Shown: positions 63,687 to 64,000 of the stretch, piece after piece
Layout of the letters: each line of letters starts with the position of its first letter
Position numbering within the stretch: the stretch's first letter is position 1
From: Felis catus
Taxonomy: Eukaryota
Reading direction: 5' to 3'
NCBI RefSeq assembly: GCF_018350175.1
Contig: NC_058368.1
Coordinates: 206,710,001-206,774,000 of the forward strand
Length of the DNA stretch: 64,000 bases
Notes under the pieces: model-generated
The model's database searches: none
What the model was told of the DNA's origin: nothing
The model's input: only the letters and a program-made list of their open reading frames with translations
Position numbers and translations under genes: made by a program

Positions 63687-64000
63687 TTAACATGCCTGCA
63701 TTTAACGGTACATCAGCAAAGAGGTTCTGTCCGCAAGAATCAGATTAGGCTGGAATTTGTCTTTGTGGCAGGGGAGCTTGGAAGTTTCTATTGCAATAGT
63801 TCTACAGTATGTACAGTGATGAAGACAAATGTCCCAACAATGCTTATATCTGAAATGTTTCTCCTGAAAATTTGGTTGGTTTTTATCTCATGGACATTGT
63901 GAATCTGGTAACAATCATGTGCCTCAGTGGGTCACTAAGATGCTCAGAGCCAAAGTATCACCTGTGAGTTTGCATTTCTTTCCCTAGTGTTATTTTGTTT

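Overview
This is AT-rich mammalian genomic DNA from a carnivore, almost certainly a felid: it carries about 29 tRNA-derived CAN-SINEs, including young cat-type (SINEC_Fc-like) copies, and carnivore L1s. I found no host protein-coding exon, RNA gene, CpG island or CRISPR-like array that I can support. The listed ORFs are transposon remnants, microsatellite artefacts or chance. The window is a layered record of transposable elements: (1) a 2,529-bp full-span Tigger/pogo DNA transposon with both TIRs, TA duplications and a decayed transposase, nested inside a MER82; (2) a ~5-kb 5'-truncated carnivore L1 with a compound, transduction-like 3' tail; (3) four ERV-type solo LTRs with TG...CA-type ends and target-site duplications (TSDs); (4) several MaLR LTRs, old L1M/L2/MIR fragments, hAT MITEs and microsatellites. 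A few repeat-poor stretches are candidate regulatory or non-coding-exon DNA. Family names come from my recall of consensus sequences, not from a database search, and boundaries of old elements are approximate. I do not see convincing evidence for a new biological system. The nested Tigger is the most noteworthy object.
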